Part shown: piece by piece, positions 36,601 to 49,700 of the stretch
Numbering within the stretch: the stretch's first letter is position 1
Layout of the letters: each line of letters starts with the position of its first letter
Assembly (NCBI GenBank): GCA_965178125.1
Contig: OZ237747.1
Coordinates: forward strand, 1,054,001 to 1,118,000
Source: Bilabrum cf. latius
Lineage: Eukaryota
Direction: 5' to 3'
Length of the DNA stretch: 64,000 nt
Made by a program: the position numbers and the translations under genes
Notes under the pieces: generated by a model
The model's input: only the letters and a program-made list of their open reading frames with translations
What the model was told of the DNA's origin: nothing
The model's database searches: none

Positions 36601-37667
36601 TGAGTTGTGCCCGCTGCATGACGTGCCTGCCGGATTGCTGCGGCTGGTAGCTTTGCTGCCCCTGGCGCGGTGCGCGGGAAAGGCACGCACAACGGGCCGC
36701 CGCGCGGGCAAGTCTCCAGAAACAAGGCTCTACTGAATGCGGTTCTAACGGCTGTGACGAAGTGGGTCAAGATGGATCACGTGCTCCGCCCGGGACTGAC
36801 GGGATCGACAACGACCGTGGACGCGATGCCGGAAAAGGCATCGGAGGCCTTGGCGGCGGCGCTGCCGCTGCTGCTGCTGACCAGCAGAACGCGCAAGACC
36901 AAAGCATGGTTGCCCCTTCCCCGCGACGTGGCAGTAGCGAGCAGGAGTACGCTGCATAGGACCAACGTATGGCTGCCCCTTCCCCGCGACGTGGCAGTAG
37001 CGAGCAGGAGTACGCTGCATAGGACCAACGTATGGCTGCCCCTTCCCCGCGACGTGGCAGTAGCGAGCAGGAGTACGCTGCATAGGACCAACGTATGGCT
37101 GCCCCTTCCCCGCGACGTGGCAGTAGCGAGCAGGAGTACGCTGCGTAGGACCAACGTATGGCTACCCCTTCCCCGCGACGTGGCAGTAGCGAGCAGGAGT
37201 ACGCTGCGTAGGACCAACGTATGGCTACCCTTTCCCCCCGACGTGGCAGTAGCGAGCAACAGGATATAGTCAGCGGAAAGCCAGATCCCAAAGCAGTGCC
37301 CGTACGGCATGACGACAGTCGCGGCATACCGCCACCCAGGGACACAGTGAGGGCTGACGAGGCCAGTGCTGACGTGGTGACTCAGGCTGGGTAGGGACTC
37401 GCAGCAGCAGCCGGCCCAGCAAACACCGGCCTGGACATCGAGCAAGCAGGTAGCGAGGATCCTGATGACGACCAGAGCAGCCAGCACGGCTCCGTCGAGA
37501 ATGCGGAGGTCAATAGTGCAGTATGGAGACTGGCGGAGGCTGTAGCGGCTGTAGAGGCACAAGGGGCTCCAAACACTGGCTTAGGCGATGGTGCTGCTGC
37601 ACACGAAGATAGTGAGGGTGGCGGCCAAGTTGTGGAGCCAGGTGTGATCGCTGGTGGCAGCGAGTGA
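33672..37667 (+). CDS. Chitin synthase (GT2), paralogue 3, with repetitive C-terminal tail; multi-exon
   Basis: ATG 33672 (caaacagcATGgc, similar to the villin start context). Introns 33754-33948, 34668-34760, ~35076-35190, ~35429-35516 and one starting ~35651. Motifs ITFDG, LIDAGT, QQGEY, VLPGAFSMY, KLAEDR, AETDTP, QRRRWNVGS, then TM helices. Reads through TAG 36648 into the tail and ends TGA 37665-37667. Confidence 0.88.
36894..37259 (+). repeat. 63-bp coding tandem repeat, ~6 copies (QDQRMAAPSPRRGSSEQEYAA), in the tail of chitin synthase 3
   Basis: Units start at 36894 (CAA) and at 36957, 37020, 37083, 37146 and 37209 (all TAG), spaced exactly 63 bp. Confidence 0.95.
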
Positions 37668-37976
37668 GCGATAGGGGGCGGCGGGACCACCATTCAAGTT
37701 ATGCACGCGACTTCAATTGCCTAGTTCCATGATCAGTTCTATTTTGCGCTTTTTCCAGCTGAGATCTCACTCAGAGCTACCATGCTGGAATCAAGTCTGG
37801 TAGCTCTGGATCCGATCTGTATCTGATCGTGTAGCTCCTGCCGATAATGGATTTTGCACGTTGGCAATCGTACTGCACGTTCAGTCTGACCATGATCCAT
37901 GAGCGGAGCACCAAATGTGGGGCATATCTGATTTGCCGCAGCCGCTCCGATCGATCATTCCAAAATGATCCAGATT

Positions 37977-38105
37977 GAACTGAATCTCGGGGACTTTGGC
38001 TCCATGAACTAGTAGTAGAACCTTGATTCTGCTCGCTTCAAAGGCGATTTGGGGTCAGACCCTGCTGCTGCACCCGATCCCGCGTCTGTAGAAGGTGCAG
38101 ATGAT
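37977..38105 (+). repeat. Dispersed ~130-bp copy of coding sequence at 41416-41544 (orphan fragment of pseudokinase module 1)
   Basis: gaactgaatctcggggactttggctccatgaactagtagtagaaccttgattctgctcgcttcaaaggcgatttggggtcagaccctgctgctgcaccc closely matches gaacttgatctcggggaccttggatccatcaactagtagtagaaccttgattctgcttgcttcgaaggcgatttggggtcaggccctgctgctgcaccc. Confidence 0.85.
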
Positions 38106-38843
38106 TGAGATGCTGGCTTCCGTGTGGCAGCAGTTGCTTGCGAAGGTGCCATAGAGAGAAAGGATGGGGCTTTTCAATATACTGCTTGTGCGATGTGGGG
38201 TCTAGTGGTACGCAAGATTCGCAAGCCGAAGCCACAAAATCGTTTTGCTCTAGCCTAGTCCATGGACGCTTTGAGTTGGAAATGGTGAGAATGGGAAGGA
38301 CAAGCAGCCTGACGATAGTGTTGATTGAGATGGAAGTAAATAGTGGTATCAAATTACTATGTCTATGATTAAAGGAGCTAGAGGCAGATCAAAGCAACGA
38401 GTTTGCGGAGTTTCGGTAGAAACATCTGGGCGATGCTCCTGCAGATCTCTAGCACTAGCCATGGAGGCGTAAAGAATGGCAACCAAAGCGGGGTATGGGA
38501 AGCAGCAAGTTATGCATGTTGCACAATATGATAAAGTTGAAGGTTCTTCTCCAACGATGCCAAGCCGATATTGGGCGCTGTGCTCACACCAGCAGGCCTG
38601 CCTGCCACACACTGCCTTGCGTGCAGGCTACTGCAGTTCCCGCCCACGCACCCGACTGTCTCTGGCGATAGATGATTGTATCAATTAAATCCGCTTAGAT
38701 CCGGGCTAGCGTGGCGTGAGGCCCTTCGTGCAGTGCAGTTGCAGTTGGACACAACAGAAATGATGAGTAGCTCTAGAATGGATCCCCAGACCCACAACGC
38801 GTCACCCATTCAATTCTGACGATTGCGGTCAACTTTGGCATAC

Positions 38844-41800
38844 ATGGGCCTCGTTTTGGCTAGACAAGGCCGATAGCATATCATTGAACACATCGGATCT
38901 CGACAAAGCTCTACGGAAGAATATGATTTGGCTATACAAGCCGCGAAACTTGAGGCTGCCAGCTCGTTTTCGAACCTGTCATTCCTCACTGGCGTATGCA
39001 GGCGGAATGACCGCATACGAAATGGGAATGAATTGTTGAAGCTACTCAAACGGCCGACTAGCACGGGCGCTCCTCTTCATTTCAAGTCTGGATGCTTGCT
39101 ACTGCAAGCTTCTCTGCGTTCTCGGGTTGATCGGCACGAAGCAACAAGCGGCCCAGCTGCCGATACAGGCATTGACGTGCTCATAAACTTCAACTACGAC
39201 GATTCGTCAGGCCTTCTCTCAAGCGAGAGCGTCGTGGACGCGTTGACTAGAGCCCCGGCCCACCCTGGAGTGCAGCGCCTGGTTTTTGAGGCCAGCGGGG
39301 AACCGCCGCGTTGGATGCTGTTTGATGCAAGTCGAACCGGGCACGTTGCTACTGCGCCTGATGGCGATAGCGTTGCTCACTGTGTTGGACTAGAACGCCT
39401 CAGCACGACGTTCAGGAAGCGTCGCGAGCAGCGGAAGGGACGCAGATTCCGAAATGCCGAGATCATGGCCTGGTGTATTGATGTCGCTGAAGCGCAGATG
39501 CACCTGCTTGAGCATGGAGTGCAGCACCGTGCAATCAACCTCGACACGGTGATGTGGGATGTCAGCGGCAGACGCGACATGGGGAGGGCCGTCCTGAGCC
39601 GGTTCGAGCATGCGCTGGTCCTCCCCGGAAGGAGACCAGCCCAGCTGCGGCGAGACGCATCCCGAACGAGTGCGATGAACTACTACAGGCGTGCATTCAA
39701 CAGCGTGTCCTCCATCGGTCTGGGCCTAAGGGGCGGGAAGGGCGGCCCGCAGCAGGGCTTGGCACCAGAGGTGCTGGACGCCTGGCACCGGTGCGAGTCT
39801 CGGTTCGACGTGCCTATCCCGTACGGGGCGCAGCCCGAGTGGGAGCTGGGGGTCTTCATGTACCAGCTGTTGGTGGGCCAGCATCCTTTTGGGTAGTATC
39901 CGCACCAGGTGTTCAACGCGGGTAAGGACGAGATGGTGCCGGTCAGACTGGGCCACTGCGCTGAGGCCCTACTGGCCGGGACTACCTGTAGTGACTCACG
40001 GAGACACAGGTACTTTCACGAGGAGAAGCTGGCACATGTTCACCCTGTGTTCGAGCATGTAATCAGGGGGCTTCTCACTGTGGATCCGAGGCATCGCATG
40101 CGGCTGGAGTATGCTGTGGCTCTGCTTCGAAGAGCGGTGTTGGCTGGAACGTAGGGGCAGGAACCCCCAGCAGGTGCTCTGCCCCGGCAGAGATAGTCAT
40201 CTGTATCTACGACGACAGCCAGCACAGCAGGATCGCCTATGCCGTCACCATCCTTGTCACTCCAAGCGTCCTCCATCGACTTGCTACCAGCTGGCTCGGC
40301 CAGGGCCCGCAGCGGGAGCATGAATGCCGGCGCTCTGGACTGGGACAGCCTAAGGGGGGAAGACTCGAGCATGATTGACTTCTTACTAGGGGAATCAAGG
40401 TCGCAGCGCCGCGAAACTAGTGCTCTGAATCTTGAAATGCAGTTGCACGAGCCCTCGGCTAGATCTGGGTCAGCGAGCGGGGCACGTACAAGTAGCGACG
40501 ACAGCCTGTCCGACGGCAGGGCTGTTGTCGCTGTCCTTCCCAGTGATTTGACCGTTGCTACTGAGCCATTGAGAGGCATGTAGGTACCCGATGCTTCCAA
40601 GAGACCAGGCAACAGCGCAAAGCTTAGCACAGGCTTGTCCGTCTAGCGGCTTGACCTCGGCTCCAGCGCGCATTCGGCGGGTGGGGAGGCACCCGCTCAT
40701 GGCGACCGCATGCATGAAGACGATGGTGCTCACAATGCTGAGTCTGGCCTGCTACGAGTCGTGCAGGAAAGAGACCCAATGGATTCTATTAGGCGATCTG
40801 CTGCCGGTGTGGATGGTGGGCCACCTCAGGACGAGCCAGTCCATGCTGCTGGTGTGGAGGGTAGGCCTCCTCAGCTGCTTCTTGGGGGGCTGTCACAGCT
40901 ACCCTCATTGCACCAATGCCCTGATTTATTTGAGGGGAGGGAGTCTACTACGAGCCCGCCTGTCTACGACGGCTGGTGCAGGAGGGAGGACCAGGCATTT
41001 GAAGTTGCAAGCCATAGTCAGCCATTGTCGGAAGGCAGTGAAATAGGCGACCTCAGTCAGGCTCTTAGTGAGAGCAGCGCAGACACAGGCGTTTACAGCT
41101 CGCAATCCATTGGCTCGTGTGGTAGTCCACGAGCTGGTATTGCTAGGTATGATGCTGGCACCAGCGACGAGCGGCTGCGGTCACACAGCGCAGCCTCTCT
41201 AGGATACGCTGACCTCGCCATACCGCAGGACGCTGGTATTCGCAGTGCAACGCAACCCGGCAGACGACGTGCCGCAAGTCGCCAGTTCGAGAGATCAGCT
41301 GGCAGCGGCAGGTGCCAACAGCAACGGCCCAGCGACTCAGTGCAACACAGGGGGGTTCCCTGCACTTGGGGTTCTGGTACCAGTGCCGTAAATCGCGAGC
41401 TAGCGCAGTCTATGGAACTTGATCTCGGGGACCTTGGATCCATCAACTAGTAGTAGAACCTTGATTCTGCTTGCTTCGAAGGCGATTTGGGGTCAGGCCC
41501 TGCTGCTGCACCCCGTGCCACCGCTGCAGAAGGTGCGGGTGATGGCGAAACAGGACATAGATCTGCTAGTATGGCAGCAGTTGCATGTCAAGATGAGGAT
41601 AGTGAGGGACCTGGCTAGCTGCTGCAAGCCGGGCCAGCCACTTGTACGTTGTGGGCTCGAGCATAGGAGGCTGCGGCGAATGATTTGCGGGCCGGTACCA
41701 ACTACCAGTCATAGTGGTGGAGCTTGATGGTGGCAACTAATGGCGGGGTGACTGGGGTTGGCGATGGCAATGATGCGGGTTGGGATGAGCCGAGCGGAGA

Positions 41801-42137
41801 TGGTGACGAAAGTGATAGCGACAGTGATGAGATGGGTGGGGACGAGCCAAATGCTGACAGTGATGAGATGGGTGGGGACGAGCCGAATGGTGACAGTGAT
41901 GAGGTGGGTGGGGACGATGAACAGCTTTGCGACGGCAGCGATAGTCATGGCGGCGTGGACGGCAACGATGCACGGACTCAAGCCATGCAACCGGTGGCAA
42001 AGCAACCAGAAGCGGACGAAATTGCCGAGCTTGAGAGGCTTAGGGAGCGGCAGTTAGGCGATGCTCCGGAAGGTGCGGCCGTCCCAGATGTTCGCGATGG
42101 ATCCGTGGACAGTGACAACCACTGCACGGTCAATTAA
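38844..42137 (+). CDS. Pseudokinase module 1: PINK1-like kinase fold lacking HRD/DFG, plus long low-complexity tail
   Basis: HLLEHGVQHRAINLDTV (HRD changed to HRA), VLSRFEHA (DFG changed to RFE), GGPQQGLAPEV, QPEWELGVFMYQLLVGQHPFG*YP, VIRGLLTVDPRHRM. One frame over ~3.3 kb with only TAGs. Ends at TAA 42135, or splices just before it (tgc acg|gt). Confidence 0.7.
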
Positions 42138-42357
42138 GGCGCGGACATGATTTCGTCTTGTAGCACGCGGCAAAAACGTTTCATAGCTCCTGGTAGGCCC
42201 AGTACAGCCTCGCGATACGTGAGACGGACCCGTGAACATTTTCATACGCTACTTCGAGTTGAGCTAAATCTGATTCCCAGGACCTTTCCGATGGACACCG
42301 CAAAACAAAAATCTTAAATCACTGGAAATTGCGCTCAGATAACAAACGTGCATATAA

Positions 42358-45300
42358 ATGAAAGCAAGGGCTGCCATTTTTGGGGCCCATTTGTCTGCCC
42401 CTGACAGAGGCTCGGACAGCAGTCGGGCACGGTAGCACTTGTAGAATTTCGACCATGCAATCATACATGCTGACCTGGCAGCAACTAGTGGGCTGCGGTC
42501 ATTTATGTGTGCATCTAAATTTGCTATGATTAAGCTAGGCCGCTCAGGAAAAGACTCTGATGACTCTGGGCAACGGATAGGAATGCGCCTATTATGCTTA
42601 GATGGCACGGCACAGTCTCAAGCCGAAAGGTCCTGGATGGCAAATGGTATACATATACTGGAACGGGTGCCGTGTCATCCAACCTTGCCGCGTCCAGTTT
42701 TGAACGAAGTTCTTGGAGCTGACGTATTGCGTAGTGCTACTGGATTAAGCCTAGCACGAGCCTTCCCGCACTTCTTTGCAAGATTAAGGACTACTACAAA
42801 AGAAATAATGTGTACTGCTGTGCAATATCCGGGTATTCCGCTTCGAAAATTATTATAGAAACTACTCTCTGACCGTGGGCTCATCAAGGTCTGCTACAGC
42901 ATTGTTGAAGCGGTCTGGAACTTGCTGCAAAACGGTGTGGTATGCACAGACGTGTCTACTGCCACGATTCAATGGAATCGCACACACTAGCAGGCTGTTC
43001 TTACACAGCTTGGGCGGGCAATTACGGTTGGCCCCGTATTCCCGGGACAGCCAAGCTTGGACCAGCTGAGCCTGACCCGAGAGCAGGACGCTACAAGCAC
43101 CGCGGATTCTATCCCATGCAGCGACGTCAGGCAATACCTGATGGGAGAAGACGAATCCGTAGCCGTAGATCGATTTCCTCCAGAGTCTCGGGAAGCCATG
43201 GGTGCAGTCGTTGATGGGTCTGCCCGGCTCGGCGGCATCCTCGCCCACCAGCTCGGGACGGTCATCTTCGAGCTCGCGACGGGCACCCCTTTCGCTGCTG
43301 CTCTGTAGCAGGTGGAATCAGGAGCGGACAAGACCAGAGCGGTGTGCGAGGGGATCACCGTTCCTGAGTTGGTCGCACTGCAGCTGGATAGGAGGCCGGC
43401 TGCGATGCAACAGCTCGTGCGTGGGCTGCTTGACAGGCGACCATCGAGTCGGCTGAAAGTGAGCGATGCAGTGTAGAAGCTGCAACAAATGAGCAAAGAC
43501 TGTCTTGGTGCAAACAACTTGCCTGGCGCAGGCTTGAGAAGCGGAAAGGCCCGAGGCCCCGGGAGACCCCGTGCAGTTGGCAGCGTGCAATTCCAAGACT
43601 CCTGCCTTGCTGTGCCAGAGACAGACGAAAACTCGTTTATTTCTGGGGGATTCTTCTCTGCTGATGGTACAGAAGACGGCTCGTAGTTACACAGGCGACG
43701 CTAGGATCGCCCTCCATCAGACACTGTTGGGACGCAGCCGTGGAGGATTGGGCCAATGTCTGGAGCTGGTGGCGATTTCACGCATGCAGCTGGAGCCCCG
43801 CTCTAGTCGGGGCATATTGGGACGCCAGACACTACCAGTGCTGGAGACTCCCCAAAATTGTTGCGTTTCGGGGACAATGCTATCATGCCACCAGCAGCGA
43901 GCCCTGAAGAACTTGGTACTTTGGCCAGCACGCACGGGAGTCTGAGATGGACGCAAGCCGCTCGGAATCGCCCCCCTGTGCCGTCAATGGACTTGAGGAG
44001 CGTCTATAGAGATGATAGTGATGCGTCGCACTCGGTGCTCGGACAAGATGCCTGCGCCAGCACAGCATCACCGCGGGAGGCACGTCAATCAGTGGACACC
44101 GCGGGCTGGCATTCACCACTAGCTAGAGTACACGCCCGAAGACTAACGTCTGTGTCGCAGGTATCGCAAGATTTTCCTGCAGGTATGAGCCCAATAGTCA
44201 CAGTAGGTCAGGGCCCAACGTCCGAGGGTGATTCGTTCGGTGCTTGCGAAGAAGGCGTTGCCGTGGCGTTCGTGAATCACACGCAAACGAGCCGCGCCAA
44301 TGTTGATGCTGACAGCAGTACCAATGAGGAAGTACAAGAGTTGGTGCGGCCTCGGGCACAAGCCTTTGCGGCCGACGATGGGAGCGAAATGGCAGCAGCA
44401 CTGGAACACTCCTTGCAAAGCATCGGCATTATGGCTTGCCAACACTGTGCTCCGCTTCGCCGAATGCAACAGAGGCATATGACGAACTGCGTCGCAGTCC
44501 CAAATATTACGTCCGTAGGCGTATCATGGAGTGACCAGGCTGAATGCGAACCGTGTACGTTTGACGTTTCTAGCATGACCGAGGCAGGACGGGGGCCAGC
44601 GGGCGCAGAGAAACCCGAGCCTGGGCTGCATGAAGCGGGCACGGGACAGAAGGGCCGATAGGCTACCCTATTGACACGAGTTCCTCCTCACTTAATGAAA
44701 CGACTGCCTAGGCGGCGACAACAGATGATGGTACCATACCGACTGCCATGGTAGCAAGACGGAGACACTTTGAGGGGTACAAGAGCCGGATCGTCGCAGG
44801 ATCATCTGACAGAGGGTGCCCACTTGGCACATATATCCAAGTAGTCCGCTGAGACCCATCGTTGTGACTTGGCACGACCCCACTCTATTGATGAAGGCCT
44901 TGAATATGAACAAAATGGAAGCAGTGCAGCTTTAGCAGTTGGCAGTTGTGACGTTGAGCTGAATCGTGAACCCCAAGCAAATCCCAGTAGAGAAGGGTGT
45001 AGCCGCGTTGCCCCAACGGAACGTGGCAAAGTAGCCCCCGCAATCCAGCCATACCCGAACGCTTTAGTAGACGAAGCGAGCGCAGTTCCTGTTGAGCAAG
45101 CAGCTGGCCACACTGACAGCGCGCCCGCATTGAGCAACAGGAATCATGTTGGCAGTAACGACGTTTCGTGGCCGCAGTCCCTTCCAGATATCGATGACGG
45201 CATGGGTGGACGAACCTCCATTCAAAGAAATGAATAGGGTGAGGACAGCGGCCTGCTCGTCGGATTTGAGGCTAGTTCATGGCCGGCTCGCCAGATTGAT

Positions 45301-46380
45301 GCTGAAAGCGAAGGCTACACATTTTCGTGGACACATCGCCAAGTCAATCCTGATGTCTCAGATGAGACATCTTCGTAGTCGTCAGGGTAGCAAACGGAGA
45401 GTGCTTGCTCTGGTGAGTGTTGCAACAATTCAGCGGTATGGTATTACGGATAGACAAGTGCACTAACGCAATCAGAGCAAGGGTTGGGGGCAGTGGGGCA
45501 AGCTTTCAATGCATACGGGGGCTATAAGTCCTCATCACTGAGTCAAGCACGCCGAGGCCTGCCATCTCACAGGTCCGGAGATTCTATCCGGAGGGTGGAT
45601 CTCAGTCCGCCTTCGCCAAAAAACAGATCCCCTGGCTAGAGTTTAGTGCACCGCGACTTTTCACAAAGTAGCATCCAATGTATGCAAGACTCGGGGTGCG
45701 CAGGCATGTACGCAACCCTAAGCGCTGCAACAAACACAGCTGCAGACGCACTCCGAGACAGCGAATGGCAAGAAGCGGAGAGAGCTATGGGCACAAGGTG
45801 GGCCTAGGCTTAGTTCTCCAGTGATGTACCGAGGCACATCAGAGTAGCTTTGGCTGAGTCGGATCAAGCCTGGCATGTTTCATCGGCAACCTTTGAACTG
45901 CCGGCTGCTTCGTCTGCATCAGTCGGTGTCGAAGGTCCATGGTGTGCAGGTCAAGCATCTGTGCCAGAGGCGGACACCATAGGCATTCCCAGTATCGGCG
46001 CTGCAGCCAGATCAAGGCAGCCACAGGTCGAGGCTGCGAGCGGAGCAGGACATGGCTGGGGACACCACGTTGACACAGATGGATCCGGGCCGACAGAGAC
46101 TCAGACCATCCGCAAGGAGCTGCTGCAGTTACACTAGCGGATTCTTGCAATGAGGTCGACTAGTAGTGATGATCCGGGTCAAGCACGATATTAGGATCTA
46201 GGAGAGTGGGGGGAGAGCACCCTGGCTGCAGTCCCGGAGCAAGCCGATGACGATCGCCGGGGAACTCCCGACCCCAGTCCAGAGGAAGAGGAATGTGATA
46301 GTCCCAGCCAGGCCGTAGCCGGTACAGATTGCAACAAGGACGATCGACCGAGAACCCAGTCGATCATGGACCGGTGCACC
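42358..46380 (+). CDS. Pseudokinase module 2 plus low-complexity tail (probably an exon of a larger gene)
   Basis: LERVPCHPTLPR, AVWNLLQNGVVCTDVSTATIQW, FPPES, LAHQLGTVIFELATG, LVRGLLDRRPSSRL. One frame over ~4 kb with only TAGs, up to a donor-like tgc acc|gtgagc at 46381. Confidence 0.62.
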
Positions 46381-46744
46381 GTGAGCTGAACTGATTTGAA
46401 TTAGGACTGTCTGCACCCCCGCTCGCCAACAGGCCCCATGCACGTGCGATCAGGTCTAGCCCAGAGAGACGATACCTGTGAGCATGGGTTGGGCCTGCTG
46501 GTATGCAGCGTAACTTTGGTGGTTACATGCTGGACATTGCACGTTCTCAATGCTTTCATTCATGTGCCTTCTAACCTCACGCGTGGGTATGCTTCTCCTG
46601 CTCACTGGATCGAAGAAGAAGCGGAAAATTCAACAATGCGCAGTTTTTCTCGCCTGGCAGCCGTTTAAGGAGAGGTTCAGCTCAATTTCAATTCATCTTA
46701 TTCTTTTTATATTTGTTATTAAAACAAGTGACTAACCCGGGCAA

Positions 46745-49700
46745 ATGTTGAGGCTGTCGAGACGGTAGAGTGTTGCCGGTGCCCCTGTGACGCGCTGGAG
46801 CGCTAAAGTCGCAGAAAATGCAATGCAGCATTGGAAAGTGGAGAAGGAAACACCTTTCCGTAAATATCTGCAGCACGGCTTCAAGTTGAGTCTCGACTGG
46901 ACCGAAGGGTTGCACGAGGGGTTCTCGAACCCGAAGCAGCTGTATGTTAGAGTATCCAATGAGAGCGTTAAGGACCAACAACACCAGGATCGGGTCATGA
47001 TTAATGAACTAGACATTGTAAAAGTGCTGTCTGCTCTCCCGATCATCCCAGATCTACTGTTTGTGGGTAGCATGGGCAACGCTTCAATGGAAAAGACGGT
47101 GGTAAATGCATTCAAATCAGGCTGCTGTACCCAAGAAGGAATTAAGTTTGGCCGTAGTGATAAGTCCATTATATCAATAGTGGATGGAACGGGGAGGCCT
47201 CTCCGGAGTCTCGGCCTACATGCCGAAAATGCCAAACGTGCACTTCATGGAGCATTCGTGCTATGCTTTGGCGTCAGAGAGCTGCTACTACATGGAGTTA
47301 TTCCTACTAATTTGTCTCCCGACACTGTGTTGTGGCACCCAATCAAGCGGCAGTTTGTGTTTCTTGGGCTCGGGTAGGCAATCTACGTTGGATCTCGCCA
47401 CGAGCAGACTCCCTGTTCGGTATCAGTCTATTTGAAGGCAGTGCAAGAAGCTGCCAATGACTTGCCCATGCAGAGCTTGTTAGATCTTGGTGTTGCTCTA
47501 CCTCATGGCAGCTTGCCACCCAGCTTCGCCCCTGAGGTACGAAGTGCACATGCAGCTGCCATGCGAGAAAACCGCATCCAGACCGGGTCGTGTCTGGGAA
47601 GGAACGTAGCCTACCAGCTGGGTGGATTGCTCTACTTCGTCGCGACAGGCATGGAATTCTTTACAACGGAGTCTCTCGTGACGTCATCAGGTGGATCTGG
47701 AAGAGCTCAAGCAGCCGCTGGCGCTTCCACCAGAGCGGCAGCAACGCCGGGTATCGCAGCACTAGCCCTCGATCGGGCGCCGAGGGTGGTGCGCGGGCTT
47801 ATTGAAGGCTTGCTACATCCCGACCCCAAGAAAAGGACGGATGTTCTCGAGGCGACTGATTTCCTTGGAAACTTACTTTGGCAGAAGCACCGCGGAAACG
47901 GCAACGGTCATGACCGCCCATTCGCGCGAGTCTGGTCCTTCAGCCAGGGCAAGAGCCAGCCTGCGAAAGGGGCTTCGACGGCAGTTAGTCAGCCCATGAG
48001 CTGTCCGGCTCAATTCAGGCTACCTGATCGCAACCTAGGCGCGCGCGAGTCTAAATTAGGGAGAGGCTCGCTTCTTACCAGTTGTGCTGGTGCCGGCGCC
48101 GGCCCCCTGGCGTGCACCGGCAAGTCATCCACCCCTGTGGCCCGTGGCCCGAGTGGTGCGCGAGCAGCAATCGATGCCGTAGCTGGAGCTTCCGCCACTG
48201 AAAGCAGTACAGGTCGCTGTATCCGACGGCCAAGCAGCGGTGCAGGCGATGACGTCGTCGTGTCACAGCTGCATCAAGCCTCACGTCACGGCGGTGGACC
48301 CGGCGCTTCAAGGATGCCAACCGAGCCGGACGAAGCGCCGATTATGGTACGGGGTGTCTCTCAGTTGTCAGTCTCCACTGTAGCAGATGACACCGCCGGA
48401 AGCAGTACAGACCTGATCCACGAAGCATCGATCGATGCCGTCCATAGGCCTAGATCAGGATCGCTCCCTAGCGCATCAGAGCTCCACGCCTTGAGAGAGC
48501 GCACACAGAGACGGACTTCCGGCCGTCTTCCTGTCCTGAGTCTCTCAACAGGGTCGGAAAACGCTGACTTTGATGCGCACGTGACGATGCAATCTGACAT
48601 CCGGACCAGGGCATCAACATTGCTATCTCAGGACCGTGGAGATATCCACTAGTAGCCTGAGTCGCCGGGTCTCTCCACTGGAAGCCCGAGGCACCGTACA
48701 CTGCACCAGGCGGCGACGCTGGCGTCTACTCTTGGTGATGGAAGGAGTGATTCAAGCCACGGGCCGGCTCCATAGGATGGTGTATACGCTGGGGCCCTCA
48801 CTGATTCCAAGTACCCCGTTGGAGTGGGTATTGGGGGTGCTCATGGGCACCTGCACGCCCTCGAGGGGAAGGACGAGCTGCCCGCTGCGGGCAAAGCAGT
48901 CGGCGCGAGCGAGGGGCCAAAATAGCCAACTGCGTCTGCTAGATCCACTTCAGGTATCCGCGCAAGTCAAACAGGTAGTATTGCGACTCAATTGAAGCAG
49001 GAGAGTTGGAGTTATCTCACCAGTGCTTCCAGCAGCTGCCAGCCTACGGGCGATTCGACAAATGCTGTTTCAGACGTGTCTAGACCGCAAGACGCTACAT
49101 GTGCGATGCTGACGGAAGGATGGGAGCCAATTGGCACTACTGGCAGCGCTCCTGACAGCACGCTGGACGCAAGTGAAGCGGTCATCGCAGGTCATCAGGC
49201 TATCAAGCCGCTCTCGCCCTCTCGTGCGAGTGCCCTGGAGTCGCATACTCCTGACAAAAGGGGGAAGCTACTTGCCGAGAGACGCATCCTAAAGGATATG
49301 CTCGAAACCCTCGAATGGGAGCGCGTTGGTATGACAGCAGGGTCAAGCTTAGCACCTGCTCATCGACTTGAGGCTGACTCACAGTCTGTTGGGGCCATCG
49401 CGACAGATTCACCCACTGCTGAGGAACCTTAGCGGCTCACTGGAACCAATGACGCTGGCAGACTTCCGGACGACAACAGTAGCTTGCATGCCGGTTCCAC
49501 TTCGGCGGCTGGCTTGCCTACGACCGGTGCTGGCTAGGCAACCTGGGGTGATACGACTTGGGATGGCTTGGGCGCTCCGACAGGTGATGAGGCTGAATTG
49601 GCACCAAGCTGGCCGCGCAGCGCTTTGCGTCATGACCACCCTCAAGCTGTAGCTATTCAAAGTATCCTTACTGGAGCAACCCGTCAGTCGAGTTAGCATC

